A stretch of 62,948 bases of DNA, filler included, from Dugesia japonica (GCA_001938525.1; 5 parts of 5 records of this genome joined end to end with filler, not necessarily neighbours in it); one strand, 5' to 3'; positions 24,160-38,212 are shown, counted from the first letter of the whole stretch. Notes: generated from the letters alone by a model not told the origin. A program made the numbers and translations.

Positions 24160-26790
24160 GCTAATATGATAACCACACCAGGTTCAAACTTGGTAACAGA
24201 TTTGCTACGGCCAAGACCATTCAAATTAGGTGCCAATTTGGACAGATTCTTAAGGGCTGTTAATAGCGGCCAAAATCTCAAAGATTTGCAAGCGATTTTT
24301 ATTGGCCAGAATATTGACCGAAGAAATAATCAAAATAATCAAGAATTAATCAAGGGAGTTGTTAATCTCAACACTTCTGATAAGCACAACGGCACAGAAG
24401 AAGGCAAAAAAATATTTTGATGAAAAACGTTTTCGAATCAGAAGAAATCAAAGACATTATCATTTTTGTGTAACAAAGATCTATTGTGTCGAATCTATCA
24501 AGAATTCATCATTTTCCTAAAAAAGACTATTGTTGAAAATTTGAATTTCTATACAATTAAATTTTATTTTTGATCGAAATCTTTTCTTTATTTTAATGAG
24601 CTTTTTAAATGTTTAAAAAAAGATGAAGCAAACCGTCGCAACCGTAGAAAAATGAGGAAAAGGTATGATTAGGTATGATATAATTTTGGGTAGAAAGAGT
24701 ATTGCCATGAACATTCAAAATATAGAGTTCAAATGCTTAATTGAGACTGGAGCCAGAATTAATGTAATGGATATTGATGTATTTAACAAATCTTGGGACG
24801 TCCCATTATTGGATACAAAGAAAAAAACTACGGTGCACTAACGATAGTTCATTATGTATTGGACATATAATGCGCAAAACTGCTCAAGCACAAGATAGTA
24901 TCAAAAAGAGGACTTATAAATGTTAATCCTTGGAAAACCCAGAAAAACAAAGGGATCCGTAATCTATGGGGAAATGAAATTATACAACAACTGCAATTTA
25001 ACATAGAACACCACACTAATATGTATCTGGAAGAAAGAAAAGAAAACATTTGACTCTATCATGATTTTTACCAACTGTACGCTATTATGTAAAGATAGGC
25101 ATTACAAATGCTAAATGTAGAATAGATTTTGAATAAATTAGGCGAGTCAAAATTCTTCATGTCGTTAGATTTAGGCAATGCTTTCTATCAAGTAGAGCTA
25201 GAAAAGTCAAAATATAAAAAGCCTTCTCATATTACGAAACCAGACCCAAATTGCTTTAAAAGAATATCATTTGGAATAGCTGTGGCGCTTGGGCATTCCA
25301 GGAACTCATAACACAAAATTTGGATACAATGAAAGAAACAACTGTATATTTAGACGAGATTTAATATATTCAGAGAACTCGGAAGAGTACGGGATGGAGT
25401 ATTCAGTAAACTTCATCAAACAAGTAAAGTTTACTTAGTAAACCAGTTAAAATGTCAATTGCTAAGGAAAGAGATCAAACTTTAGTACCTTTAACAGCAA
25501 AATTGGTTTCAATACATATATACAAGAGACCAAAATGGGTGAAAAAATTGCTACTACAGAAGATTTATAAATAATTTAGCAAAAAAGACTAGATAACTAG
25601 AAACACTGTACAGTTTAAATAATAAGAAGATAATATAGACAGAGAGCTATGAGTAATCACTTAGAAATTTGAAAGAGGCATTAACAGAGCCACCAATTTT
25701 GGTGTACACAGATAGAATTTATACTAGATACAGATGCAAGTTACAATACGACCGGTGCCATATTATTACAAATAGACAGCAATGGGCATAAAAGAGTGAT
25801 AACAGATGGATCACACGCAAAAAATTACCATGAATTGTGGCATTGAAAAAAAACAAAAACAAAAAAACTGCTGGAAATATTCCTTTTTTAAACCTTTTCA
25901 GTCACTATTTATATTGGCGAAGAATCAGTTTACGGACAGACCATAAGGTAGTTATGTTTACATTAACAACGAAAAAACTTATAATAACAAAATTTCAAAA
26001 TTGGATCAACTACCAAAGTTGATTTAATATTGATTTACAGTATCGTAAAGGCAACCAACATGGTAATACGGATTTTCTCTCAAAAGGCTTGTGGCCCAAC
26101 AAGATCTTTGATAACTATAACGTAAAGAACAAAAGGATAATGAAGAAAAATGAATATTTAGAGAACGAATATAAAATGGAAAGGGGAAGATATTCCAATG
26201 GATTGACTGTCATATATTAAGAGAAGATGGAGAGATATGAATCCCGGCAGAAAAGAAAACAGATATGATCCGAGAAATGTACCAATAGCTAGCACACACA
26301 TAAACAGAAAAAGTTGTCAAATATATTAGAAAACATTATAACACGACTAGATCGTGGGAAAGTGTAAAATAAATATCGGCGAGTAAATGCGATAACAACT
26401 AGAACTAAAGACGAAACATAAACTGAGAGCTAGCCAGACTGTTCAAGAGAAAATTTATCAATAAAGCAGGATCATGGAAAGAAACACTTCCAATAAAAGA
26501 AATATATCGTGGTTTTTATGGACCGAAAAAGTAAATATATATTATTGACAGCAACATAAAAACAAGATGAAGAGTCAATAAGTCGTGTAATATGAGGTAG
26601 TTAAATATAAAAGTTAGGGACATTGAGATACATGTATAAAGATTGCGGGAAAGTATTCAAATCCTACAGAATGAAGAAATTGACGGACGCAATAAGTATT
26701 ATTTAATGCTATTCACGTTCTTATCACAATAATACTGATGAACATGTAAAATGGCAATTTCGAGCTATCAGAGTATGGATTAGGAAATCA
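24160..26790 (+). mobile_element. Heavily decayed Ty3/gypsy gag-pol
   Basis: gag RPFKLGANLDRFL, protease CLIETGARINVM, RT SLDLGNAFYQVEL and YLDE, RNase H ILDTDASY and LRTDHK, integrase remnants. Confidence 0.8.
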
Positions 26791-26879
26791 TTGACGGATA
26801 TAAACACAAAGAATTTGGCCAATATTCTTCCAAAGATTGAAATTGTAATGAACGCGACAGTACAGAAAAAAACATGTAA

Positions 26880-27720
26880 AGGTCAACTGAAGTAGTGTTT
26901 GGCGCGTTACCTTCGAAGTATGCGGTTTGCCATCATCCTGTTGAAGAATAACGCATTTACAATTGACTAAGGAATGATAACGGGAACTCAAGACTTCATG
27001 TAAACGTTCCAATTGCATGGATTAGAGTTCGGCATTAATGGTTTGTCCGCTTGGAAGAAGCTCAAAATGGGCTATTTCATCGTAATTCCACCATACGCAG
27101 AGAAGAACCTTTTTTGCGAAGCGTTCTTTTTTGCTACACCAAGAGCTTGTTGATTTGGATTGAGCAACTGATTTTGTTTGTTATAGTTGCTTAAATAAAT
27201 TCATTTTTCATTGCAAGTGACGATTCGCTTAAAAAATCGTTCATCACATGCATTTTGTAAGAGGTTTTGACAAATTTCGATCCTTCTTTTTAGTTGCTCA
27301 TAGGTTAGTTCATGAGAAATTTCCCTACATCTTTTGTTAACTTTTTTCAGCCTATGTAAATGATCATGGACCGTTGTTTTGGGATAATTGAGTTCTCCTG
27401 AAAGTCTTCGTTGGCTTGTAATGGGGTTGGCTTATGAGGTAAACGTATAACCTCGGGATCAATCGATAACGGACGTCCAGTACGTGATTGGTCATCAAGA
27501 TAAAATCGACCATTTTTAAATATTTTAAACTAGTTAAACGTTGTTGCACGCCTTACAGTGCCATCGCCTTTTGCTTTACAAATATTTCGGATCGCTTCTG
27601 TTACATTATGCCCTAATTGAATATCTCTTTCTGATTTGATTTTAGATTCAATTCGAAGCAAATTGACGCTTCGCAAAGTATCTAGTTTACATTTTAATGT
27701 TTGTAAAATCAATGAGTCTC
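26880..27720 (-). mobile_element. mariner transposase remnant
   Basis: HTH region EAIRNICKAKGDG, KVLLCVWWN, LLPSGQTINAE and ILQQDDGKPHTS (HDNARPH-like). Confidence 0.8.
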
Positions 27721-29109
27721 TTGATTGATTGTGTCCTCGAATACGAAATTACTGAAAATTTCCACAATTCAAAGGAATAAAATCATGTAATAAATATAAT
27801 TTTTACTAGTACTATTTTTATCTTATAACTTTTATTGAAATTAGTTTAGTTTCTAGGAGAACATTTATTATATCAACTTGCAGATTGTTATTTTATAAAA
27901 TTAATTTATATATCAGAATGTGTAATAACTATCATTTTACTTAACCATTTAATTGCGAATTTATCTGTTTCATATTAAATTTCTTTTTAATTACCAAAAA
28001 AAATACAATCGTTAAGATAAATACAATTTCAAAAATAAGACAGTGCACAGTACACCTGATTTGATTAAGTACATATAAATAAAACATTTATAACTAAAAT
28101 TCATATAAATATATAAATTATCGTGTTCATAGCACTTATAAGTGTATTAAAACTACAGCTTTCAGAAAATGTACAATACAAAATGAATGGAATGGTTTTA
28201 AGGCTATGTAATTATAAATGATGGAATTTGTTTTTTTTGTTTTTACGGATTTATTATGTTACAAGCATCGTGTGTTTCTTTTTAAACATTACAAATAAAT
28301 AATAATAATAATGTACTTAAAAATTTTTTGAAAATATTGTTTATAACTAAAAGTAATTATTTTTAATTAATCAGTGATTTTAATAATATTTTTTTTATAT
28401 TTTATGAAATAAAATTGTAGAAATTTTAATTTAACACATTTAACTTAAACGATAAAAACAAAATCCAAAACCATAATTTTGACAATTATCTAATTCAGTG
28501 GTTTCCAAACTGTGCGCTGCGAGAATTTGTCCATATTAGAAAAATAATAATACAGATCGTTAAGAATGCGCTTATGAATATTTCAAAAACAGTTCTATCT
28601 GTGTCAATAAAAACTAACACCGAATGTGTTAATGAGTGGTAATACAGGATTCGCGAAAACAGAGACTCGTGAGATATATAATGATAAATAAATGTTATTG
28701 AATTGTGGTATCTGAACACGTAGCTAAAATTATTGATGACGGGGGTAAAGAATAGATTTACATTGGATAAAAAGAAAACACGGCCATACGGAAAACTTTA
28801 GTAACAGACAGAATCGCCATCAATAATAATAGATAAATCTAAATAAGAGTATATATGTAAGAAGGAGGATATAACCCTCTCCACACTGGAACAACAATTA
28901 GATATGTAGAAGATCTGAATCAAAATGAAGGAGCATTAGAATAAAATATCACTCAGGCAAGTGACCACTGAGAAATAAATAACAGCAGAGAAAATAACAG
29001 AACATATAAGGATATGTAAGTTGCAAACAGTTACTACCATGTGGTCAAAACATTATCAATTTGTGAAAGGAATAAAGATGTATTTAATCGATAAAAAATG
29101 GATGATTAA

Positions 29110-29427
29110 TGCAAATTTGAGGAAATGAATGTTTGTGATAATCTTGGTGATCATTTAGTGAGGAATGTTTATATCAAATTTCGGCGTGAAGAAGATGCAG
29201 AAAAAGCTGTAACAGAATTGAACAATCGTTGGTTCGGTGGTAGACCGTTCCATGCAGAATTATCACCTGTCATTGACTTCCGTGAAGCGTGCTGCACTCA
29301 ATATGAGAATGGAGAGTGCACACGAAGAGAATTCTGCAATTTTATGCATTTGAAGCCGATTTCGAGAGAATTGGGGCAAAAACTATATGCTATACAAAAT
29401 CCAAAACCTTCAAGCACATTTCATTAA
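29110..29427 (+). pseudogene. U2AF1: U2 snRNP auxiliary factor small subunit (U2AF35) fragment: UHM C-half and second CCCH zinc finger
   Basis: EEMNVCDNLGDHLV.NVY.KFRREEDAEKAV..LNNRWF..HAELSPV.DFREACC.QYE.GECTR..FCNFMHLKPISREL. N-terminus absent and several normally conserved residues changed. Confidence 0.85.
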
Positions 29428-29883
29428 AATTCAGTAAATAGCAATTAACTGTTTACATGAAATGCTTTTAGAATGTCTGTTTAAATGAATGACATAAACA
29501 CGCTNAGGTCAATTTCTACATCATTAATAATCAATTAATATTTATTTTAAAATTAATACATTTTATGTGTAACTTTGATATTAATTGATATCAATGATTT
29601 CCTGGCTCCTTTGTCGTTAGTATTGTTTATAAATCGTTAAAATTTACAATATTATATGTCAAAAGAAACTTTTCCCGAAATTTATAGAAATATTTATTTA
29701 TTAGTTTTGTTTTAAATTTTTTTATTAGTATAGTTTTCAATTTTTTTGAAATTAGATATCCTACAAATAAATATTCATTAAAAAATTAATTAAAATAAAG
29801 AAACAATTACCCTTTTAAGAGAACNNNNNNNNNNNNNNNNNNNNNNNNNNNNNNNNNNNNNNNNNNNNNNNNNNNNNNNNNNN

Positions 29884-30192
29884 CCTCTAGATTTTTTCTT
29901 TTGGGGTTATTTAAAGGAAAAAGTGTATATTAGCGATTCTCAGACAATTGTTGATCCTAAAGAAAACATCATCTATGAAAGTAGTGAAATTAAGCCAAAA
30001 TGTCATAGAAAACGTTTGTAAAAGAATGGCTGCTTTCTATGCAGCAGCAGAAGGTCTTTTGCATGACATTAATTTTCATTATTAAACCGGAATATATGTA
30101 CTATCATTGTAAATAAATATATTGCTACATTTCATATTTTTAGCTTCTTTTATTGAAAATTTAAAATGTAACCTTAAATAGGAACACCCTGT
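29884..30192 (+). mobile_element. Tc1/mariner-superfamily transposon 3' end
   Basis: PLDFFFWGYLKEKVY motif. Terminal ...GGAACACCCTG followed by TA. Confidence 0.7.
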
Positions 30193-30279
30193 ATATATAA
30201 ATAAGATTGAATTTAAAAGAGCAATTAATGAAAGATATTAAGATATAGAGATATAAAGATATAAAAATATTCAGTTAAT

Positions 30280-30455
30280 TTAAGGATACCGTTCCAAAAT
30301 AACTTCTCTGGTTTCGAAGAGAACCATTCGGAGACCTATTTTTGGACATCTTCTTATGTTTTGATGTGCTGTTCAGCAGTCTATGTGCCATTCATCGGAC
30401 CAGATGAAAATCTGAAGGAGCAAGACCTGGTGAATACGGCGGGTGGGTGAGTACT
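30280..30455 (-). mobile_element. mariner transposase C-terminal fragment
   Basis: VLTHPPYSPGLAPSDFHL motif. Confidence 0.75.
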
Positions 30456-31485
30456 TTGTAAATATCAGTCAGAAAAGAGATGCAATTAAGTTTATTTGAT
30501 TATATTGTTGAAAAATGCAATAAATATTTTTCATTGTGTTCCTAAATGTCGATCCTCTCTAATCAGAAATTTTTCGCTGGTCCCTTGAAATGTAAAATTA
30601 GAGAGGTTCGACTGTAATAACAAATCAAAACTCGACTAAAATGATCTAAAATTTATACAGAACTCAAAAAACTATTTAAATATATGATTAATTATAAAAA
30701 ATGATTTAATATTGAATTATATCTATAAAGTTTGTAAAGGAACATCAAAAATATCATATTTACTAAAAAAAAAATCTTTGAAATATTAAATAACTGATAA
30801 ATTATAATGTAGATCATGAATTGAAGAGAAAACAAGTAATTGCAATTATGGCAATTACATAAATAACAATTAATAATTTGCGATATTATAAGTATTATTA
30901 TATTACAACATTAATCAAAAAATTTACAGAAAATATTGAATAATCACGCATCGGATAATTCAATACTCAATACGACGACAACGACATATCAAAGTAATCA
31001 GTTAGCTAGTTAGCATATTAGTTAACAAATAAATAGAGTTCAACACATTTTAGCCAATTTATTAAATAAAATAATTACAAAATAACAGATAACTTAAACG
31101 GTTTCTTGTTCAATTTCAATGAATCCAAAGACATGCCAGAATGACCCAATGGAGCAGAGTGCATACTCCTCACCTCACTCTCTCGTGAGGAATTTTTTTC
31201 AAAATTTTTTTTTTGATTTTTTATTTTTTTTTCGTATTTTTTTTAAAATTTGTTTTTCAATTTTTTTATTCCTGAGTAGCACCATCAGGTAGAGAATTAA
31301 AAAGTAACATCGGAATGTGTAATGAACTTGTATCGTAAAATAATTCCTTCCCCATTAAAAACGCATTCAAAAAATTAATTATTTTNNNNNNNNNNNNNNN
31401 NNNNNNNNNNNNNNNNNNNNNNNNNNNNNTTAATTAATTAANNNNNNNNNNNNNNNNNNNNNNNNNNNNNNNNNNNNNNNNNNNN

Positions 31486-31526
<41 letters not shown>

Positions 31527-31529
<3 letters not shown>

Positions 31530-31780
31530 TCATTTAAAATAAAGCTTCGATCAAAATTTGTTATTTTTTGTTTTTTATAGTAATTCTATATTTCGACTTT
31601 GTCTTTTTAAAGAATTGACTTTTCCTGTCAATTTTTGAAGAAGACAAAGTCGAAATATAGAATTACTATCAAAAACAAAAAATAACAAATTTTGATCGAA
31701 GCTTTTATTTTAAATGAATTCTGAAAAACGATCAATGGTTATGTCCAACAATTATTCTCGCAATAATTGCAATTGTAAAA
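31527..31780. mobile_element. Palindromic mini-element with two head-to-head hammerhead-like motifs (inverted Penelope pLTR-like)
   Basis: ~93-bp arms (31527-31619 and 31627-31720) with a 7-nt loop. Each arm carries TT(G/T)AA(G/A)AA-GAC-AAA-GTC-GAAA-TATA. Embedded in (AAT)n. Confidence 0.65.
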
Positions 31781-32799
31781 TAATAATTATAATAAAACAA
31801 TAATAATAATAATAAAAATAAATCGTTAATAATAAATCAGTAATAATAAATCAATAATAGTAATAAAAGTGATTAATAGTATTAAATATTGTTATCAATA
31901 TTAAATTAATATTAAATGCCGTAATATTTATTATTATAATTTTTATTTATAAATATATAATTTTTTTATTACAATAATCTACTCTAAAAGCCTAACAATT
32001 CTCACATTTTAATAAACAAAGATTGGAATCTAAATAAATAATTCCACACTCTTATACAATCAAAATGTTTTTACTTATATCAATTTTATTTGTAATAATT
32101 CTGTAACATTTTTTATGAAATAAAATTATGAAATTTTACGATATTATATCAAATTGTTTTAAATATTAGTAAATATTTTCCTTTTATAAATTTAAACATA
32201 TAAATTTATTTATTTAATATTATTTTAAAATATCTAATAATCCCCTCGTGCATTCTAAATGATTTAAAAAGAAGTAATCCCCATTTTTATTAAAATCTTT
32301 ATTAAAGGATCATTAAAAGCGTTAGAGTATTTATAGAATAATTATTCTGTTTACACAAATTATATTCATATATTTATTAACCACCTACCGTTGGTAGGAA
32401 GTGTAAAAGTCAAATTGTAAACTATAGACCAGTTGTGCACAATCTTTTTTCTAGACTAATTTAAATCAATGTCACGGGCCACGCATGCAAAAATTTCGGG
32501 CCGAAGGTTATGCATCCCTCTCATTATAGGTATAAAACCTATTCAATATAATTCATTGAATTAGCAGAAGTATTATAAGTATATTATTATAGTAAGTACT
32601 ATAAGTATTGTTAGCCGCTGCTTTATTTCCTTCAGTTTCCATCTAGAAATATTTATTAATAACTTATAAGTAAATACAGTGAAAATTTTTATTCTAATAC
32701 AAAATAACAATATTAAAACAATTAATTGTTTTAATTATTTTCTTTTTTATTGAACTTTCTAACAAGTATAATGATTGAAACACGCAAACACTATGTATA

Positions 32800-34450
32800 A
32801 TGAATAATCAGCTGCGACGAATGACAAAATCATCAATCGTTGTTTGTCGTCGGTGCTGTATATCCATAGTTACCAAAAAGGTTTCTATTTCTGTAAGTGT
32901 CGTCATGTGAGGACCGTCTTCTTGTTCCGTGCAGAATTGATGAATCGTGAAAAGACTAGCCACTGCAGCTGAGACTATTTGATGCTTTGATCAAAATCCT
33001 CTTACTTTTATCCATCATCTTCTTTTTTACGAACCTATTGTAAAATATCGACGTCTGTGAAGACACCTTCTGTAGCAACTTAACCGTATACGTGGATAAA
33101 GTCTTCTACAGAAAATTCCAGATTTAACGAAGATCCAAGATTCTGTTGAACGATGTCCCAAGTGTTTTGTAGTTCAGGCATTCCTTCTACTGGCCGAGGA
33201 GCGTCAGTACTGGCAAGCGCGGCAAGATCATGAGCACAACCTGCCTTTACGAAGCAATGAGTAATTGTTTTAGTACCTACTACAGTCCATGCTTTCGCGG
33301 CGAGATGAATGGCATCGAGGATATTTACTCGAAATTCATCAATGGAAAAATAAACTTGATATGAATAATGTGATAGAAGTTGGATAGAAAAACCAAGATT
33401 AATAAGGTTTTCAATGAGAAACAAGTTGCCCCTGTTATATTTTATTTATTATTTATGGGCTATCGCCCTAATATATGACAAAGAAGAAGACGCTTCACCA
33501 ATGTGCTTTTGTAATGGGCTTCAAACGAAGCGATGATGCATTTGTCACATGGCTGAATTCTAGAGGTCGTGTGAGGCGGAAGGAATGCAAGATCAACTGT
33601 CTGATGTTCCGGTGGCGCGGCGTGGCTGGATGCGTTTTCCACAATGTGCAGATTACGACGCCCAGCTCTTTACATTTGATTATCGAATTTCTTTACCCAT
33701 TCGAACCATAGTTGTCTGTTCATCAAGGTATTTTGGTTAGAAACGTAATGTACCGGAAGCCGAGACGTATTGATGCTCTTAAACCACCGAGGCTTAGCAG
33801 ATTTGCCAATCAGCAACAGCTGTGGTTTATCACTTCCATCCATATTTGTGCAAAAGAGCAGTGTAACACGAAGTTTGCTCTTTTTTCCTCCATCACCGTG
33901 ATTTCCACGCAATGCCAAAGTCTTACTTGACAAAAAGCTGAAAAAAGAGCAGATTCATCGGTATTGTATACGTCTCGTGTTGCATAACGGTCGAAGAGAT
34001 GAGTTAAAATTTCTACCTAAAATTATGATGCTGCTTCATCATCAATAATAAAGCCATTGCTGGTTTTTAAATCCACGATGTCAAGTTCCTGTGCCATCTG
34101 TCGCGCTTTTTCAGCCAATATTGGACTGCTGATTGAGAAATTCAGTGCTCTCTGTTGAATAAACCGTATAGTGAGAGCTTTCTCACGTTACCGTGAGATG
34201 CTTTCTGGTTGTACCTGCTGCTGTATTCACCCAATCAGATTTAATGTGTTCCAATATTGTTGTCACTGCGCTAGCAGAGTGTATACTTCGTTGATATACA
34301 TTTTATACCTCCTCTGCATCTCGAATAATATTAATTTTTGTGCTAACAGGCAAGATGCTTCTTTTTGATGTCATATTCTAGGTGTGAAGCTGTTGTAATA
34401 ATATTTGTTCAATAATCTAAACTAGGGCTGATTCCACGGTTTTTAAATAA
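32800..34450 (-). mobile_element. pogo/Tigger (CENP-B-like) transposase, decayed
   Basis: SKLRVTLLFCTNMDGSDK..IGKSAKPR, ENASSH, FLPPHTTSRIQPCD..IIASF and AWTVV..TITHCF.KAG. Confidence 0.85.
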
Positions 34451-35359
34451 ATGAAAAGTTCTCATATTCTTTATTAATTGCTTATTTATTTATAGATTGT
34501 TCATATTGTGATTGTTTTAAGAGATCATAGTGCGAATGTGTGATAGTTTATATCACTTTAGTTTCGATATTGTAACGCACAGAGTTAATATTTAATAGTA
34601 TCTTATCGTGGAAATGACTCATCGAGTCAATATAAAAAAAACATTATGTACTCAGATTGTTTTTAATAAATAAATTCAGTTTAAATTAATTTCCTTGTTG
34701 GTTCTACAACAAATTTTCTTTTATCCTGCCGATACCCCTTTTAATTTAAAATTCATTTTATTATACACAGAATTACTGAAAGAAAACCTAATTGAATACG
34801 CAGATTAGCATTGTGCAGGCTTCATTAAATTGAAGGTATAAATAAAGAGACGTTAACTGTATTTAAAAAGAACATATTTGTCATTTTATTACCATTCTAA
34901 TGATATCAAGTTTGAAACATGTTGATAAAGAAATGGTGCCAAATACACATTTTAAAAATATTTTTTAAAAGTCCTTTGTTCTTTCTTATGTGATTTCCTC
35001 GTAAAGTATATATTTTCGCATACTTATCCTTTAAACAATGTATAGATAGTTTTTAATCCTTTACCAAATTGTACAAGAAACAATTTTAAAAAATTCAAAA
35101 TGGCGGCTTTTATCCACTTTTAAAGATTTCTTTGCTTAATAACTTTTTAGGATTACGTCACTAGGACTTTTTACCATACAACAATTTTTCCGTCATGTAA
35201 TTGCGCGTCCAACGCTGTAAAGTTCGGCGCGATATCATGTTTCTACCTGAATCTGTCTTCAAAATACTAAATTCCTTTATTCCCATTTTTCAACCGGAAG
35301 GAAGCATTTTAGGATACAAGTTCATGAGACATTCCTATCTTACTTTTTAGTTTTTCATA

Positions 35360-37299
35360 AGTTAAAAGACTTGAACTTTCCATAATTATTTATTAAAACA
35401 AAAACTATTTATTAATAATGAATTATTTAAACAAATAATATCATTTAATATTAACAAATTAAAATCTTAATATCATTTTATAAATGATATATAACTGCTC
35501 TCTCTCTCTGTAATTTTGATTTTCAATTTTCTTTAGCCATTCAAGTCTTCTCGGTTTAAGCTGTCCTGCATAATCTTTAAGTACCTGATGTGGGCTTATA
35601 AATTTACTAATTTTGTAAGGACCCTCATACCTGAAACCTTCTTTATTTAACTTGCGTGTTTATACTTTTACTAATACTTTTTCCTCTTCTTCAAAATGTC
35701 TAGACGTTCGTTTTTCACATTCGTATTTGCTTAAGTTTTGAGCTGCTTTCTATAAATTTTCATCTGGCAGTTTTTTCATTTCTTCGTGTTTCGGATTTCC
35801 TTCTTTTGGTAATCCGTGTAAGACTATCCTTCTTCCAAAGATAATTTCAAAAGGAGATAGACCCGTCGATTTTTGTTGTGTTTCATTTATTACAAACTGA
35901 ATTCGTGAAAGTAATTTGCCCCAACCTGATTTTGTGCAGCCGTTCTTTATCGTAGTTACTATCATATCTCGAAGTGTTCTAATATTTCTTTCTGCTAAAC
36001 AATTTGATTGATGTTGATATGGGGACGGAAATTATTGTTGAATCTCAAACTTCTCTGCAAGTGACCGCATTAACTTTCCTTCAAACATTTTTGCTCTGTC
36101 GGTCAAAAATGATTTTGGCTTACCAAAACGATATATCCAGTTTTCCTTTATTGCCTCAACTACTGAAGTTTCATCCTGTTTACTTAAAGCTACGAATGAC
36201 ACTAACTTATTATACCTGTCAACCATGACGAGAACATATTTCATTTTGGTTTTCACTTCTAGGAAGTAAGCGATATCCATGATAACCTGTTCTAGTGGTC
36301 TAAATTCTGTTCTTGGAATAAGACATTCCGTTGTTCGCTCAGTGTATGTTTTACGCATGTTACATATCATACATTTTTTAGTTGATGTTCTACATTTTGC
36401 ATATTTGGCTAAAAATAACTTACACTCAAATACTTCGTCAGTTTTTGGCCTCCCACATGACATAATTCATCATGTATAAAATCTATAAGGTTAGGTATTG
36501 ATTTTCCTGCCAGTACAATTCTTTTCTTGTTTCCTTCATTGATAATCAGTATCTCCTCATCCAATTCAAACTTTTCCAGTTTGGAAAAACATTTACTTTT
36601 GTTCACCATTGTGCTGAGCTTATTATTTATCAATCCACTTTAAATATATTCAATGATTTCTCTCGTTGTTGGATCATTTCTCTGTACTTCTTTAATATGG
36701 CTTCTATCAAAGTTTCTTTTGTCTAAAGTGTTGTTTCTTTTAACTCGAGATCGTTCCCCTTTGGCATCTTGATGTATAGTCTGATATTGTGAACAAAAGC
36801 TCTCTCCTACCCTTTTGATCTTCGACAAAAGTGTTATTTTATCCACTAGTGTCTCTGAAATCACAAATGATTCACGAAACCATTTTTCGCAGACTTCGTT
36901 TGTCAAAATTACATCTTCTTTGTATTTTTCCACCCTTAATTCTTTCGCTTCTCGTCTCATTAACATGTCAAACGCGAATGATAGCTCCATTTGATTAAAC
37001 GCAGCAAATTCTTTGGTCGTTTGAATCCATTCATCAGCCGCTTCTGATGAACCCTCGAAAAAACTTGGTTTTGGGATAAGTAATTCTTGTGTTAAAGATG
37101 GCAGCTTTGCAAAATTTTTTTGGCGATCATCTTTTTCTTTTTTCGTCAGTACGCTTATTTTGACATGGTCGTCAGTTAAAAGACTTGAACTTTCCATAAT
37201 TATTTATTAAAACAAAAACTATTTATTAATAATGAATTATTTAAATAAATAATATCATTTAATATTAACAAATTCAAATCTTAATATCATTTTTTAAAT
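35360..37299 (-). mobile_element. Internally deleted Ty3/gypsy element (gag N-terminus fused to integrase; PR/RT/RNase H missing) with 137-bp AGT...ACT LTRs
   Basis: Near-identical LTRs 35360-35496 and 37174-~37299. PPT (AG)n beside 35497 and PBS-like TGACGACC. HHCC motif (HDELCH..CMIC), VIMDI, LTDR, SPFEIIFG and YEGPYKI. Confidence 0.85.
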
Positions 37300-37449
37300 A
37301 AATAAAACCATAAATTTTTGCTCCAAGTTTAACTAATACCCTGTATATATATTCAAGTTGATAACAACAAAAAACATCAAAGTTTTCACCACGTTCCGAC
37401 AACAATAAATTGATATTTGTAAATTCAAAATGATTACCTTTTAATTAAT

Positions 37450-37690
37450 GATAACTGATTTTTGTGAATAGATCGCTCGATTTTATATCGAGTCGATACA
37501 CCATAACAGGACTAGCAAACGTTTTCCCTATGCATGTTTCTCATAAAGAACCAATCTTCGTATCGGAAAATTTTTTTATTTAAATTTTTTTTTTAAAAAA
37601 TTCAAACTCCTGGTTTTTTTACTAGGCGGACTAATTCTGGACTATGAGAAAACTATCTCATACGTCCAGATTCATGCCGAGGAGATAATA
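37450..37690. repeat. Structured dispersed repeat, copy 1 (three hairpins; homolog at 42845-43035)
   Basis: Shared blocks TTTTGTGAAT..TCGATTTTATA, CCTGGTTT..AGG and GACTATGAGAAAA.TATCTCAT. Confidence 0.6.
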
Positions 37691-37863
37691 ATAAAAAACA
37701 ATTATTGAATATTATAATATCTGTATTATATATTAATGATATAAAAATTTTATATTGTTATAATAAAAATAAATTTAAAAAAATATAAATATCTACAATT
37801 TCAAATCATAATCATACAAATAATAATATCAAATATGATACGATGACAACAATAATTATGTTG

Positions 37864-37931
<68 letters not shown>

Positions 37932-37981
37932 NNNNNNNNNNNNNNNNNNNNNNNNNNNNNNNNNNNNNNNNNNNNNNNNNN

Positions 37982-38026
<45 letters not shown>

Positions 38027-38040
38027 GTAGTAATAATAAT
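37864..38040. repeat. (AAT)n microsatellite; others at ~31486, ~50053, ~51880, ~54350
   Basis: Direct inspection. Most abut N gaps. Confidence 0.9.
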
Positions 38041-38177
38041 CTAATCAATCATACAAAATCAATTCACATAACATTCCGTATATAAAATATAAATCTGTAC
38101 AATAAAAAAACCTCACATAATACCACAACTTTATTTTATTAGCTCCTTGACCTGCTGAACTTTAATTTTATTAATAT

Positions 38178-38212
<35 letters not shown>

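Noticed and set aside
37812-38085. Poly-L/I/N ORFs (also 49951-50205, 54310-54582)
   Set aside because: Translations of (AAT)n microsatellites and N gaps.
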